A stretch of 64,000 nucleotides of DNA from Rhodospirillales bacterium (GCA_965222355.1 OZ244953.1:4230714-4294713), one strand, 5' to 3'. Positions 37,129 to 47,761 are shown, numbered from the stretch's first letter. Numbers and translations: made by a program. The notes: generated from the sequence alone by a model not told the origin.

Positions 37129-38121
37129 ATGGTAATGCATAAACTGCATGCGGCTCTTTTCTGCGCCGCCGCCCTCGCCCTCGGGTTGCTGGCCTCCCCC
37201 ACAAAGGCCGAACCGCTCCGGGTCGTTGTCTCTATCAAGCCGTTACATTCCCTGGTTTCGATGGTGTTGGACGGGATCGCCGAGCCCTATCTCATCGTAA
37301 AGGGCGCCAGCTCGCCGCATGGCCATGCCCTCAGACCGTCCGACGCCAAGGCGCTCGCCGACGCCCACGCGGTGTTCTGGATCGGTCCTAACCTAGAGAC
37401 ATTCATGGTCAAACCCCTGGAGAGTTTGCCGGTCTCCGCCCGCGTCGTCGCCCTGATGGACCGAGGCGCCCACTCCGGGCATGTTCATTCGGGGGTTAAG
37501 GACGCTGCCAACAAAGGGACGGACGCCCACACACACGAATACAAAGATAGTACAGATCGAGCTCATGAGCATGGGCACGAGCATGAGCATGAGCATGGGG
37601 ACGTCGACCCGCACATTTGGCTGTCCCCGCAGCACGCGGTCGAAATCATCGAGCACGTAGCGGCGACGGTGAGCGATATCGTGCCGGCCGCCGCAGACCG
37701 GGTTTCGGCCAACCGTGATCGGGCCATCGAAGAACTGATCGACGTCGATGCCGAAGTCCGCCGCCTGATAAAGCCGATGCACGACGAATACCTGGTAACG
37801 CTGCATGAAGCCTATACCCACTTCACCAATCATTACGGCTTGAGGGATTTCATCGCACTGTCGGTCACGCCCGAACACAAACCGACACCCGGGCGTATCA
37901 GCGAAGTGCGCCGAATGATCAACGAATACTTCGTGCGGTGCGTGTTCGCCGAGCCGCAATTTCCGGACACGTACGTCCGCCTTCTGACCGAAGGGACCAG
38001 GGCCCAAGCGGATGTCATCGATCCCTTAGGTGCCCGGCTTCGACCCGGTCCGGATCTCTACCCTCAATTGATACGGCTTATGGGGTTCGCAATCAGGGGG
38101 TGTTACGAAGAGACGTCATAA
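37129..38121 (+). CDS. znuA: Zinc ABC transporter substrate-binding protein
   Basis: VVVSIKPLHSLV, SPHGH.LRPSD, His-rich loop, DPHIWLSP, HEAY, CVFAEPQF, DPLG. Confidence 0.93.
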   Translation: MVMHKLHAALFCAAALALGLLASPTKAEPLRVVVSIKPLHSLVSMVLDGIAEPYLIVKGASSPHGHALRPSDAKALADAHAVFWIGPNLETFMVKPLESLPVSARVVALMDRGAHSGHVHSGVKDAANKGTDAHTHEYKDSTDRAHEHGHEHEHEHGDVDPHIWLSPQHAVEIIEHVAATVSDIVPAAADRVSANRDRAIEELIDVDAEVRRLIKPMHDEYLVTLHEAYTHFTNHYGLRDFIALSVTPEHKPTPGRISEVRRMINEYFVRCVFAEPQFPDTYVRLLTEGTRAQADVIDPLGARLRPGPDLYPQLIRLMGFAIRGCYEETS

Positions 38122-38523
38122 ACGCTCGCCACCCTCTTCGTACGCCGGCAGACCGTCATTGAATTCGTAATAATCGCCCGCACTTCCCTTGAAGATGTGG
38201 AATGCGAGTTTGAGACCGGTCGGCGCATCCAGCGTACCGGCCATGATCGATGTCGCCTCCCCATCGACGGGACGCCAGAACAGATTACTGCCGCATCTAT
38301 TACAAAAGCCCCGCTCGGCCGCGTCGGAAGACCTGAACCAGGTCAGCGTGTCATCGTTGATCATGGTCAGGTCGCTGTTTTTGGCCTTGGTCGCGGCAAC
38401 GAAATGACCGGACGTCTTGCGGCACTGATTACAGTGACACGCAACGACCGGCCGGAGGAATTCGGCAACGCGGTATTCGACGCCACCACACAGGCAGCTT
38501 CCGGTGACGTGAGCGTCTGGCAT
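38116..38523 (-). CDS. GFA (glutathione-dependent formaldehyde-activating/CENP-V) family protein
   Basis: GSCLCGGV, CHCNQCR, RGFCNRCGS.LFW. Confidence 0.9.
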   Translation of the reverse strand: MPDAHVTGSCLCGGVEYRVAEFLRPVVACHCNQCRKTSGHFVAATKAKNSDLTMINDDTLTWFRSSDAAERGFCNRCGSNLFWRPVDGEATSIMAGTLDAPTGLKLAFHIFKGSAGDYYEFNDGLPAYEEGGERL

Positions 38524-38539
38524 GACAGCCCCTCCAGGA

Positions 38540-39376
38540 TCAGCCGGGAACGCGGGCGAAAGTGCGCACCTCGATCGAGCGGCGCGGCGGCGCCCCCACG
38601 GGCGTTTCGGGATGCACGAACGCCGAGTGCGGCGTAAAGCGGGCGCGTCCGTCTTTGAGGGTATCGTACCCCTTGATCAGGATCGCTTCGCGGGTCGTCA
38701 TTTCCGGGAAGTAGAACCAGCGCTGGCCGTCCCGGTGGGCAACGCTATAGATCTGGCCGACGCGGCCGTTCTGCCGCTCGTTGGTGATCGAAGTCTCGAT
38801 CAGGTCGCTGACTTCGGTGCTCGACGCGTCGAGCAACGCCAGCGGCATTTGCAGGACAGGTTCCGCAATCGGCCGCCAGACGTTGATCTGGACGATCCGA
38901 TCCTTTTCCCATTCATCGGCGCGTTCATCGCCGATCATGTCGCGGAGCCGCTTCGGGCCCGACGTCTCGGTATAGTCGTTGTGCGCGTGGCTGGCGGGCC
39001 GGCGATAGCTCGTATCCGGGTCGGTGACGCGGATGGTGTGGTCGAAGATCTCGACTTCAGCGGCACCAGTGGCGTCGGCGACGATCTTCTTGATCTCGGG
39101 GTAGTAGACCCGTTCGACCGCGGCGTTGTCCTCGAAATTTCCGACGGCACTCGTCCCGGTGACGAAGGCGAACCCCTCTTTGTCGATATCGAAGGTGTCG
39201 GCGATGTCGCGGCCGCTGGCGATCAACACTTCGCGGTGATCGAGACCGCCGCGGCGGACCGTGCCCTCATCGCTTTTCGGAATGAAGACGGAAGGTGCCT
39301 CGCCCGACGGATCGGCAAACAGCAACTCGGCGCGGACGTGGCGTTGGTCGTCGACTTGTCGCAGGGTCTCGGTCAT
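38540..39376 (-). CDS. CmcJ/NvfI-family putative Fe(II)/2-oxoglutarate oxygenase
   Basis: EGFAFV, YYPEI, IFDHTIR, HAHNDYT (HxD), INVWRPI, PLALLDASS, WFYFPEMT..E....K.YD, PHSAF, RRSIEVR. Confidence 0.75.
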   Translation of the reverse strand: MTETLRQVDDQRHVRAELLFADPSGEAPSVFIPKSDEGTVRRGGLDHREVLIASGRDIADTFDIDKEGFAFVTGTSAVGNFEDNAAVERVYYPEIKKIVADATGAAEVEIFDHTIRVTDPDTSYRRPASHAHNDYTETSGPKRLRDMIGDERADEWEKDRIVQINVWRPIAEPVLQMPLALLDASSTEVSDLIETSITNERQNGRVGQIYSVAHRDGQRWFYFPEMTTREAILIKGYDTLKDGRARFTPHSAFVHPETPVGAPPRRSIEVRTFARVPG

Positions 39377-39486
39377 GGCGTTTCTCCCAACAAGGGTCTG
39401 ATTGAGGCTCAATGTGGATGAATGCAGCTTTTCAGGCAACAGTTAATATCAATATCGCGAGTGTTGTTCTATGGTGGAATAAATAT

Positions 39487-39510
39487 ATTACCATGTTTAG
39501 ATGTGGTAAT
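39487..39510. promoter_or_regulatory. Inverted repeat in the AT-rich region upstream of soxR
   Basis: ATTACCA-N10-TGGTAAT. Confidence 0.35.
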
Positions 39511-39640
39511 TTTCTTTTTACGAAGCAACATATCACCAGCTTGGAATATGACTGGTCAAAGCTGCAGAAAACCATTATAGTGCGTTGCAACAATCGATTC
39601 GCACGAGCTGTCACCGTCAGCTCGATAAGGGAACGTATAC

Positions 39641-39991
39641 ATGGTCGATCAAGCGATGCTCGCCGGCGCCACCGAGGCAGCCGACTTCCTCAAAGCCCTC
39701 GGGAACGAAAACAGACTGCTGATTCTGTGCCATTTGAGCGAGGGGGAAATGTCGGTTTCGGAACTGGAATCGGCGTTGGGCCTGCGTCAGCCGACGCTGT
39801 CGCAACAGCTTGCCCGGCTGCGCGCCGACGATCTGGTCGATACCCGCCGCGACGGCAAGACGATCTATTACTCCCTCGCGTCGGAGGAAGTCCGCAAAAT
39901 TCTGGACGTCATGTACAATCTGTTCTGTTCCGCGGAAGCCAAGGCAGCACGCGAGAAAATGGCTGCGGCACGTAACAGCGCCGCAGCCTGA
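39641..39991 (+). CDS. soxR: ArsR/SmtB-family repressor of the sox cluster (SoxR/BigR type)
   Basis: FLKALGNENRLLILCHL, QPTLSQQLARLR...LV.TRRDGKTIYYSL, LFC with two conserved Cys; adjacent to soxCD. Confidence 0.8.
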   Translation: MVDQAMLAGATEAADFLKALGNENRLLILCHLSEGEMSVSELESALGLRQPTLSQQLARLRADDLVDTRRDGKTIYYSLASEEVRKILDVMYNLFCSAEAKAAREKMAAARNSAAA

Positions 39992-40019
39992 TACTGAGTT
40001 TACTTAGGGAAACCGAAGG

Positions 40020-41090
40020 CTACTTGGCCGCCTCTTTCATATAGGCGATCAGGTCGCGCACGTCCTCTTCCTTGCGGATCCCGCCGAACGCCATGCGGGT
40101 GCTGGCTTTTTCCTTACCGATAACGCTCCCCAGATAGCCCTTCGGATCGGCAATGAACTTGGCGAGAGAGTCGTCATCCCACACCAGGCCGTTGTCGCCG
40201 GCTTTCTGGAAGTCCTTCGAATACTTGAACCCGTCGAAGCTCGCCGCGGTGCGGCCGAAGACGCCGTGCAGGCTCGGCCCGACACGGTTTTTCGGACTGT
40301 CGATCACGTGGCAGGCCTTGCACTTGTTGAACACCGAACGCCCGGCATCGGCATCGCCCGCCGGCGCGGCGGCAACTTCCTCTTTCTTCGGTTCGGCTTC
40401 GGTAGAAGACTGACTGGCCGGTGCCGAACCGCCTTCACCCATATCGCCACCGCCGGTTTCGGGGGTCACGTCGAGAACGGTGGCGCGGCCGAGAACCTTG
40501 ATCTCGGTCTTGCAGTCCTTCATGCACGCCGTCCCCCCCTCGGGTTGCGCGTCGGGACGCGGGTCCATAAAGAAGTTGGCTTGGTTCGGCATCTCGATCG
40601 TGCCGATGTTGTCCTGCGTGACCGCAAAATCTTCATCGATCACGTCGTTCATGAACAGGAGATACGCCGTGAGGGCGTATGTCTCGTCGTCGGTCAGGCT
40701 CTGCGCATCCCCGAAAGGCATCGCGCGCTTGATATAGTCGAACACCGTCGACGCGTAGGGCCAGTAACTGCCGATGGTTTTCTCGGGCCGCATGTCCTTG
40801 AGCGTCCCATGCCCGCCGATCAGGACCGGGTAGCGTCCGCCCCCTTCCCCGAATTCGCCGTGACACGAGGCGCACTTGACCAGATAGACCCGTTCGCCCT
40901 CACCCGCCGTGCCGTGCCCTTCGGGAGCGCCCTGACCGTCGGGCCGGACGTCGATGTCCCAGCTCTTGATTTCGTCCGGTGTCGGCATGCGGCCGATGCC
41001 GTCGTATTTACGATCCGCGGCCGAAAGCGGGCCCGACGCGATGAAGCTCAGCACCAGCGCGGCGCCAACGGTTTTAAGCAAGACGGACAT
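40020..41090 (-). CDS. soxD: Sulfane dehydrogenase diheme cytochrome c subunit
   Basis: [46 protein letters not shown], and a second CKACH domain after a linker. Confidence 0.92.
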   Translation of the reverse strand: MSVLLKTVGAALVLSFIASGPLSAADRKYDGIGRMPTPDEIKSWDIDVRPDGQGAPEGHGTAGEGERVYLVKCASCHGEFGEGGGRYPVLIGGHGTLKDMRPEKTIGSYWPYASTVFDYIKRAMPFGDAQSLTDDETYALTAYLLFMNDVIDEDFAVTQDNIGTIEMPNQANFFMDPRPDAQPEGGTACMKDCKTEIKVLGRATVLDVTPETGGGDMGEGGSAPASQSSTEAEPKKEEVAAAPAGDADAGRSVFNKCKACHVIDSPKNRVGPSLHGVFGRTAASFDGFKYSKDFQKAGDNGLVWDDDSLAKFIADPKGYLGSVIGKEKASTRMAFGGIRKEEDVRDLIAYMKEAAK

Positions 41091-42363
41091 TTTCCACCTC
41101 GCCGGTTTTGTTCACCAACCACGTCTGAATGGCATTGTTGTGATAGATGGAATTGATGCCGCGCACTTTTTGTAGCGCGGTCATCTGCGGCTGGACATAT
41201 CCCGTGTCGTCGATGGCGCGGCTCTGCATGTAGACCTCGCTGCCGTCCCATTCCCAGCCGTCGAGATAGAACCGGGTCAGGCACTTCGGCATGACCGGCC
41301 CTTCGATCCGGGCCTCTTTCCAGTTCTTACCCCCGTCGAGTGACACATCGACCCGCTTGACCGAGCCGCGCCCGGACCACGCCAGGCCGGAGATCACGTT
41401 CGGACCTTTCTGGGTCAAAGGGTTCTCCGGGCATGGGCTGGTGATCACGGACTTGCAGTCCATTTCCCACGTGAACCGGCGCGCCCGCCCATCGGGCATC
41501 AGGTCGGTGTATTTGGAGGTTTCCTCGCGCGCCTGCCAACTCTCGTCGCCGACCTCGATCCGGCGCAGCCACTTCACCCACATATTGCCTTCGAAACCGG
41601 GGACGACGAGACGTAATGGATAGCCTTGCTCGGCGCGCAATTTTTCGCCGTTCATCGCGAAAGCGACCATGCAGTCGTCGAGTGCCTTTTCGATCGGCAC
41701 CGAGCGGTTCATCCCCGCGCTGTCCCCGCCTTCGACCATCAGCCACTTGGCCTTGGTGCTGACGCCCGCCTCTTCCAGAAGCAGCTTGAGAGAAACGCCG
41801 GTGTACTGCACGCAGTGGATCATGCCGTGGGTGAACTGCACGCCGTTGAGCTGCGCGTTGCGCCACTCCATACCGCCGTTGGCGGCGCATTCGAGGAAGT
41901 AGAACCTGGAGATGCGCGGCAGACGGAGCAAATCCTCCATGGTGAACAGCAACGGGCGGTCGACCATGCCGTGGATCATCAGTTTGTGTTCTGCCGGATC
42001 GACATCGGCGGCACCACCGTGATGACGTTCGAAACAGATGCCGTTGGGGGTCACGATACCCTCGAGCGCGTAAAGCGGGGTGAAGTTGACCGACGATTCC
42101 CGCGTCGCCGTCAGCCATTCGACGCTGCGGCGGATCACCGAGGATTCGTGATGTGTCGGCTTCCCATAGGGCGCGTCGTCGACACTTGCACCGAGCTGAC
42201 GGCTCCAGTCCGGGATATCCAGCCCGGCGGCCGTCGCCCCCTTTGCCGCCCCAAGCGCGCCCGTGGCGGCCAATGCGGAGCCCGCAAGCCCGGCCTGCAG
42301 GAATCGTCGGCGCGGCATCGCCGCCCCACTATCCTTTATTTCGATGGTCTTCTTTTCACCCAT
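41074..42363 (-). CDS. soxC: Sulfane dehydrogenase molybdopterin subunit
   Basis: Tat [52 protein letters not shown]. Confidence 0.95.
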   Translation of the reverse strand: MGEKKTIEIKDSGAAMPRRRFLQAGLAGSALAATGALGAAKGATAAGLDIPDWSRQLGASVDDAPYGKPTHHESSVIRRSVEWLTATRESSVNFTPLYALEGIVTPNGICFERHHGGAADVDPAEHKLMIHGMVDRPLLFTMEDLLRLPRISRFYFLECAANGGMEWRNAQLNGVQFTHGMIHCVQYTGVSLKLLLEEAGVSTKAKWLMVEGGDSAGMNRSVPIEKALDDCMVAFAMNGEKLRAEQGYPLRLVVPGFEGNMWVKWLRRIEVGDESWQAREETSKYTDLMPDGRARRFTWEMDCKSVITSPCPENPLTQKGPNVISGLAWSGRGSVKRVDVSLDGGKNWKEARIEGPVMPKCLTRFYLDGWEWDGSEVYMQSRAIDDTGYVQPQMTALQKVRGINSIYHNNAIQTWLVNKTGEVENVRLA

Positions 42364-42402
42364 GACAATGCCCCTCCCGGTTGCGTGCGCAACCGCTTAT
42401 TA

Positions 42403-42443
42403 AACATATTCGTTAATTTCATTATATAAAATGTGAATATGTT
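42403..42443. promoter_or_regulatory. Candidate SoxR operator upstream of soxCD
   Basis: AACATATTC-N23-GAATATGTT; same arms and spacer as 48831-48867. Confidence 0.7.
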
Positions 42444-42500
42444 GTCCAGAGGCGGATCGCCGAATTCAGCGATTTTCTTGGCGGGGCCAACCCGGCCGGA

Positions 42501-43097
42501 TCAGCCCGATTTCTGGGCCCGGACGTACTCGTGGAACTTCTGCGTCTCGTAGGCCTTTTCCTCGACGTACTTGAACATCGCCAAGAAGTGCTGCGGTTTG
42601 AAGTACCCTGGGATGCGCGCGACTTCGTTCTCTTTACCCGTGCGCCCTTCGGCTAACGAAGGATCGTCGGTGAAGAACTGGATCGTCGGCGTGAACTTGA
42701 CCTGCCACTTGCGCGCCATGTCGCGCTCCGACAACTCCTCGCCGTCGAAATCGGTAACAATACGAGACCCGATGATATTGAGCTGCAGGATCGTGAAGTT
42801 GGATTTGATGTAGTCGAGGATCTCGGGCTGGGCGAGATTGACCCGGTGCGTCTCCTTACAGTACGGGCAACCCTTCAGCTCCCAGAACACCGCGAAACGC
42901 TTGCCGTTCTTGGACGCGTCAGCCAGATCCTCGTTCATGATCAGGAACGATTCCAGGAACCACGGCTGGATGATCAGGCCGTCGTCGTTGTATTTCAGCT
43001 CGGTCTCGGCCAGCGCCGGAAACGGCAGCATCGCCGAGGCGGCGGCAGCCAAACCCAACTGTTGAAATCGGCGGCGCGAAATCGGATTGTCTTGCAC
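42501..43097 (-). CDS. soxW: Periplasmic thioredoxin SoxW
   Basis: Tat SRRRF, PWFLESFL, ELKGCPYC...H, FTPTIQFF, PGYFKP.HF. Confidence 0.85.
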   Translation of the reverse strand: MQDNPISRRRFQQLGLAAAASAMLPFPALAETELKYNDDGLIIQPWFLESFLIMNEDLADASKNGKRFAVFWELKGCPYCKETHRVNLAQPEILDYIKSNFTILQLNIIGSRIVTDFDGEELSERDMARKWQVKFTPTIQFFTDDPSLAEGRTGKENEVARIPGYFKPQHFLAMFKYVEEKAYETQKFHEYVRAQKSG

Positions 43098-43199
43098 GGG
43101 AGGCCTCTAACGTATTCCAATCACCGAATGTGTAGTTTACGCTGAGATACGATCCCAGCCAAGACGGCAATTTCGAAATCCTATAGAAAGAACCTCAAG

Positions 43200-43925
43200 A
43201 TGCGACGTCTCACCACGGTCATAACACTGCTTCTGGCATTCGGCACGGGCTTTGCGCACGCCGCCGATCAGGATGCGTTCAACAAGTCGGTGAGTGAGGC
43301 CTATGCCGGTTATCGCGCGGCGACGAGCTATCTTCGGACGGGGAATGCCGGGCTTGCGTCTCTTGAACTGGCGACGGCGCTGGAAAGTTGGGGCAGCGTC
43401 GTGCTGACGAATTCAGACGCGCCGCCCAAACCCTACATGAACGATCCGAAGTTCGTTCCCACCCTAAGTTCGATCAACAAGACGCTCGAGGTCGCTTTGA
43501 AACAGGCCGAGGACGGTGACGCCGAAACGGCGCTCGACACCCTGGGGCCGGTCCGTGATCAGATCTATGACCTACGCAAGCGAAACGGCGTCAGGCTCTA
43601 TGCCGACTGTATCACCGAGCTCAACCGCGCCATCGTCCCCCTCTATGAACGCCGGCACAACCCGCCCGACCTGGGGAGCGCCTATATCCGCCAGCAGGTG
43701 ACGGACGAGAGCAAGACCTATGAAAGTCTCCTGACGGATTGCCGTGCAATGGCCCCCGAAAAATATAAGGGCGATGCCGAATTCAAACGGCTGTTCGATG
43801 GCACACTCAACTCGATACAGTCCATGTACCCAGCCATCGAAAGCCAAGACCCGGGACGTGTCGTCAACGTGCTGCGCGAGCTTCGGTCTTTCGACCGGAT
43901 CATCTACTTCCGCTTCGGTGGGTAA
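43200..43925 (+). CDS. Hypothetical secreted helical protein inside the sox cluster
   Basis: Signal peptide (FAHA|AD); helical amphipathic pattern; two Cys; no family recognised. Confidence 0.75.
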   Translation: MRRLTTVITLLLAFGTGFAHAADQDAFNKSVSEAYAGYRAATSYLRTGNAGLASLELATALESWGSVVLTNSDAPPKPYMNDPKFVPTLSSINKTLEVALKQAEDGDAETALDTLGPVRDQIYDLRKRNGVRLYADCITELNRAIVPLYERRHNPPDLGSAYIRQQVTDESKTYESLLTDCRAMAPEKYKGDAEFKRLFDGTLNSIQSMYPAIESQDPGRVVNVLRELRSFDRIIYFRFGG

Positions 43926-43928
43926 CGA

Positions 43929-44672
43929 TCAGCCGACCTTGCCGAGCGCCGGGAACGCTTCCAAAAGCCAGTACGCGATATCGGCGATCGAGCCCGTCAG
44001 GAACAGCACCCCGGTGATGATCAGAAACACCCCGATCACCTTTTCGATGGTGCCCATGTGCTTGCGGATACCCGGCATGACGCGCAGGAACGGGTTGATC
44101 CCCAAGGCCGCGATCAGGAACGGAATGCCGATCCCGGCAGCGTAACTCCCCAGAAGCGCCGTACCACGAACGACGGAGTCCTCGCTGCCCGCCACCATCA
44201 GGATCGCCGCGAGCACCGGACCGACGCACGGCGTCCACCCGAAGGCGAACGCGAGCCCCATGAGAAACGCACCGAACAGCCCGACAGGTTTGGCCGGTCC
44301 CTGAAAACGCGCTTCGCGGTACAAAAGCGGGATTTTGACGATCCCCAAAAAGTGCACGCCCATGACGATGATCAATACCCCGGCGATGCGGCTGACCCAG
44401 AGCATGTTTTCCGCCAGCAACTGGCCCAGGAACGACGCCGTCGCACCGAACAGGATAAATACCAGCGAGAACCCGATAACGAACGTCAGCGCCGCCAGGA
44501 ACACGCGGCGGTTGGCACCGGGCGGCGGTCCCTTTTCGTCCGTCATCTCCGACAGACTGACCCCACCGATGAAACACAGATAAGGTGGCACCAGAGGTAA
44601 GATGCACGGTGACAGGAAACTCAGCAGGCCGGCCAGAAAGGCACCGGCAAATCCGACATCAAACCCTGGCAT
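43929..44672 (-). CDS. soxV: CcdA-family membrane thiol-disulfide protein SoxV
   Basis: GLLSFLSPCILPLVP.YL, FAFGWTPCVGPVLAAIL. Confidence 0.9.
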   Translation of the reverse strand: MPGFDVGFAGAFLAGLLSFLSPCILPLVPPYLCFIGGVSLSEMTDEKGPPPGANRRVFLAALTFVIGFSLVFILFGATASFLGQLLAENMLWVSRIAGVLIIVMGVHFLGIVKIPLLYREARFQGPAKPVGLFGAFLMGLAFAFGWTPCVGPVLAAILMVAGSEDSVVRGTALLGSYAAGIGIPFLIAALGINPFLRVMPGIRKHMGTIEKVIGVFLIITGVLFLTGSIADIAYWLLEAFPALGKVG

Positions 44673-44697
44673 CTAGCGCTCCTGCAAAACTCTAATT

Positions 44698-44767
44698 GTC
44701 ATCCCCGCAAAAGCGGGGACCCAAACCGAATATCTTCATACTGGGTTCCCGCTTGCGCGGGAATGAC
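44698..44767. repeat. Family A REP-like full palindromic element
   Basis: GTCATCCCCGCAAAAGCGGGGACCCA...TGGGTTCCCGCTTGCGCGGGAATGAC, between soxB and soxV. Confidence 0.9.
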
Positions 44768-44793
44768 GATGGTGTGTGCATGACTGAAACCGG

Positions 44794-46482
44794 TCACACA
44801 CCCCGAACCTTGACGTTCTGGTTCTCGGGCACGGTGATGGTCTTCTTTTTCTCGATGTAACCGGCGACCAGGTCGTAGGCAGGCGGACCCTCGGTGCCTT
44901 CATTGACCGACGCCCAGCCGGCAACGACATAATCGCGATTGGGATCGATCGGCTTGCCGTCCTTGACGGTCGTCATATCGGAAATGCGCGAACCGATCTC
45001 CTTGTCGACGTCGATGGTGTAGCTCATCCCCCCAACGCGGACCATATCCCCGCCCTGTTGATAGTACGGGTCCTTGTTGAACAGGTTGTCGGCGACGTCT
45101 TCGAGGATCTCCTTGATGAACGAGCCCTTCATTTCGGTCCGGTAGACGTTCGGATACGTGATCGAGGTATGGTGATGGACGTGCTCCATCGTGATTTCCT
45201 GACCCGGCAACAAAGAAGACCCCCACCTGAAGCCCGGCGACAAGGCGATCTCGGCATCGCGCTCTTCCAGCAACGCCTGACAGATCAGATCGTCGAAGGT
45301 GCCGTTGAAGTTGCCGCGCCGGTAAAGCGTGGTGTCGGTGACGCCCAGCACTTTTTCGAGCTCGTCCTTATATGGCGCGCGGATGTTGTCGATCAGGGCC
45401 GTCATTTCGGCGTCGGGTTGGATGACATCCGAGAACACCGGCATCAGTTTGAAGCGGTAGCCCGCGACTTTCTTATCCTTCACATCGAGGTCGAGGCGCG
45501 ACAGAAACTTCCCATGGCTGCCCGATGCAACGAGGATCGTATTGTTGACGATCTCGACTTTCGGAAGTGCGTCATGGGTGTGACCGGTCAACACGACGTC
45601 AATGCCCTCGACCTGGCTGGCCAGCTTACGGTCCACATCGAAGCCGTTGTGCGACAGCAGAACCACGAGATCCGCCCCTTCGGCACGCGCTTTCTCGACG
45701 TGCTTGCGGACGGTCTTCTCGTTAATACCGAACGACCAGTCCGGGATCATGTAGCGCGGGTTGGCGACGGGCGTGTACGGGAACGCCTGCCCGACAACGG
45801 CGATCTTCACGCCGCCGCGTTCGAACCATGCAGTGGATTCGAAAACAGGTTCCTGCCATTCGGTGTCGGTGACGTTGCCGGCGAGGAACGGAAACTCGAG
45901 CATGTCCTTGAGTTCCTGAACGCGGTCCTGACCGTAGGTGAATTCCCAGTGCGCCGTCATCGCATCCAGACCCATGGCGTTCTGGATCTTGACCATGTCC
46001 TCGCCCTGGGTTTCCAGCGACGTCAGCGATCCCTGCCAAGTGTCGCCGCCATCGAGAAACAGCGTGTTGTTCGGACGCTCGGCGCGCACCGCCTTGACCA
46101 GGGTCATCATCCGGTCGACGCCGCCGACGCGGCCATATTCCTTGGCGAGCGCGGTGAAATCCTGGCTCGACAACGCATAGGCTTCGGGCGTCCCGGGTTT
46201 GATCCCGTAATGACCGAGGAAGTCCTTCCCCGTGATGTGCGGCGGCAACCCCTCGACCTCGCCCACCCCGATGTTGACCGAGGGTTCGCGGAAATAGATC
46301 GGCGTAAGCTGGGCGTGCATATCGGTGAAATGCAGCAGCGTCACCTGGCCCATCGACTGGAAATCGAGAATGCTGGCCTGGTCAATCTTCTGCTGCGCCA
46401 TGGCGCGGCTGAAGGGCATGGCGGAACCGGCAACGGCGGCCGTGGCGGCGGCAAGGTGGAAGAATTCGCGACGGGATATCAC
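44794..46482 (-). CDS. soxB: Thiosulfohydrolase
   Basis: Tat SRREF, TDMHAQL.PIYFREPS.N.GVG, DGGDTWQGS, LSHNGFDVD.KLA, GHTHD, YRRGNFNG, PYYQQGGDMVR. Confidence 0.97.
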   Translation of the reverse strand: MISRREFFHLAAATAAVAGSAMPFSRAMAQQKIDQASILDFQSMGQVTLLHFTDMHAQLTPIYFREPSVNIGVGEVEGLPPHITGKDFLGHYGIKPGTPEAYALSSQDFTALAKEYGRVGGVDRMMTLVKAVRAERPNNTLFLDGGDTWQGSLTSLETQGEDMVKIQNAMGLDAMTAHWEFTYGQDRVQELKDMLEFPFLAGNVTDTEWQEPVFESTAWFERGGVKIAVVGQAFPYTPVANPRYMIPDWSFGINEKTVRKHVEKARAEGADLVVLLSHNGFDVDRKLASQVEGIDVVLTGHTHDALPKVEIVNNTILVASGSHGKFLSRLDLDVKDKKVAGYRFKLMPVFSDVIQPDAEMTALIDNIRAPYKDELEKVLGVTDTTLYRRGNFNGTFDDLICQALLEERDAEIALSPGFRWGSSLLPGQEITMEHVHHHTSITYPNVYRTEMKGSFIKEILEDVADNLFNKDPYYQQGGDMVRVGGMSYTIDVDKEIGSRISDMTTVKDGKPIDPNRDYVVAGWASVNEGTEGPPAYDLVAGYIEKKKTITVPENQNVKVRGV

Positions 46483-46568
46483 GGCGCAGACCCTCTGTTC
46501 TGAAAATGACGAAAAGAAAGAGTGACCGGAGGGACGCGGACGCCCCTCCGATCAGGTTGAGGCTTAAA

Positions 46569-47378
46569 TCAGTTGCGCACCGAGGGCGCTTCGATCGGTA
46601 GCCCACGCCCACGCCATTTGACGTAAAGCTCAAGCGCCAGATACTCGTCGGCACCGTAACCGAACCGATCAGCGCGGACCTGCGAGTTACAACCGCGGAA
46701 CCGGCGATGCAGCGAGCCGACCTTTTGCCATTTCAGACGATAGGTCGGGAACCCGTTGCTCTGCCCCTGCGACAGTGTGTTGGCACGGATAATCCCGCCC
46801 GCATTGTCTTCGTGGCAGTGCTTACAGGCCATGTCGAGCTGACCGCGGCGCTCGTAATAAAACGCCTTGCCCTTCTCGAACCACTCGGCGGCGGGGCCGT
46901 CGATCTTGACGTTGACCGGCATACCCAGCGATTGGTTGTTGATGAACGAGGTCATCGAAAGCATTTCCTTCGATTCCCACTTGTAAGGTTCGGCCTGCAT
47001 ATTCTTTTCGAGACACGTATTGATCTGCGTCTCGACATTCTGCAGCTTCTTCGCCTTCTCATCGTAGACCGGATAGCGTGCGGCGACGCCCTTCATGGTT
47101 TCGGCCGCTTCACCGTGACAGCTTGCGCAGGATTTACCCGCTTTACCGTTGGTTTCGGTCCATAGTTCGGCGCCCTGCTCGACCCAGATCATACCCGGGT
47201 TCTGGAAGCTGTCGACCTGCATGGCCCGGCTTTCGTCGGTCATGTAGGTATAACCGCTACGACGGTCGTCGACCTGATAGGGCCCCCAGTCCGTGGCATT
47301 GGCCGAAGTGGCGAACACGCCGATACACACGGCGCAGGCCGTGGCGATCAGCGTGATTCGGTTCCAGTTCGTTTTCAT
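46569..47378 (-). CDS. soxA: SoxA diheme c-type cytochrome
   Basis: CASCH and CKHCH heme motifs, YYERRGQLDMAC, FPTYRLKWQ...SLHRRFRGC. Confidence 0.95.
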   Translation of the reverse strand: MKTNWNRITLIATACAVCIGVFATSANATDWGPYQVDDRRSGYTYMTDESRAMQVDSFQNPGMIWVEQGAELWTETNGKAGKSCASCHGEAAETMKGVAARYPVYDEKAKKLQNVETQINTCLEKNMQAEPYKWESKEMLSMTSFINNQSLGMPVNVKIDGPAAEWFEKGKAFYYERRGQLDMACKHCHEDNAGGIIRANTLSQGQSNGFPTYRLKWQKVGSLHRRFRGCNSQVRADRFGYGADEYLALELYVKWRGRGLPIEAPSVRN

Positions 47379-47410
47379 GAGTGTTGCCTCCCGTTTTTCT
47401 GGTTTACCGA

Positions 47411-47740
47411 TCAGCCGACGGTGATCTTGGACGTTTTCTCGTAGATCGATCCGTCGTCGTCAGTCCATTTGAAGGCAAACTCACCGCTTTCCTCGACCTT
47501 GGCGAAGAAAGACATGTACGGGTTCGCCGAAATGGCGGGGTGCCAGTCGGCGGTGAACACCGGCTTGCCGTTGAAGGTCACTTCCATCTTGTTGATGATG
47601 CTTCTGGGAATCAGCTTGCCGTCCTTACCTTTACGGCGGCCCGATTCCATATTGTGCGAGATCAGCGTCTTGATCTCGACCACGTCGCCTTTCGCAGCCT
47701 TTTTCGGGACACGAACGCGGGGTTTCACACCTTTAGCCAT
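47411..47740 (-). CDS. soxZ: Sulfur carrier protein SoxZ
   Basis: EIKTLISH.MESGRRK...G.LIPR.II, ISANPY, W.DDDG. Confidence 0.95.
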   Translation of the reverse strand: MAKGVKPRVRVPKKAAKGDVVEIKTLISHNMESGRRKGKDGKLIPRSIINKMEVTFNGKPVFTADWHPAISANPYMSFFAKVEESGEFAFKWTDDDGSIYEKTSKITVG

Positions 47741-47761
47741 GATACTCTCCTTTATCTCGCG

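Noticed and set aside
37540-37600. CATGAG-type short tandem repeats as a phase-variable tract
   Set aside because: They are 6-bp in-frame units encoding the ordinary His/Glu-rich loop of ZnuA; slippage would not shift the frame.
40020-41090. SoxD with a second cytochrome domain as a novel fusion
   Set aside because: Diheme SoxD with a flexible linker is the known alphaproteobacterial form.
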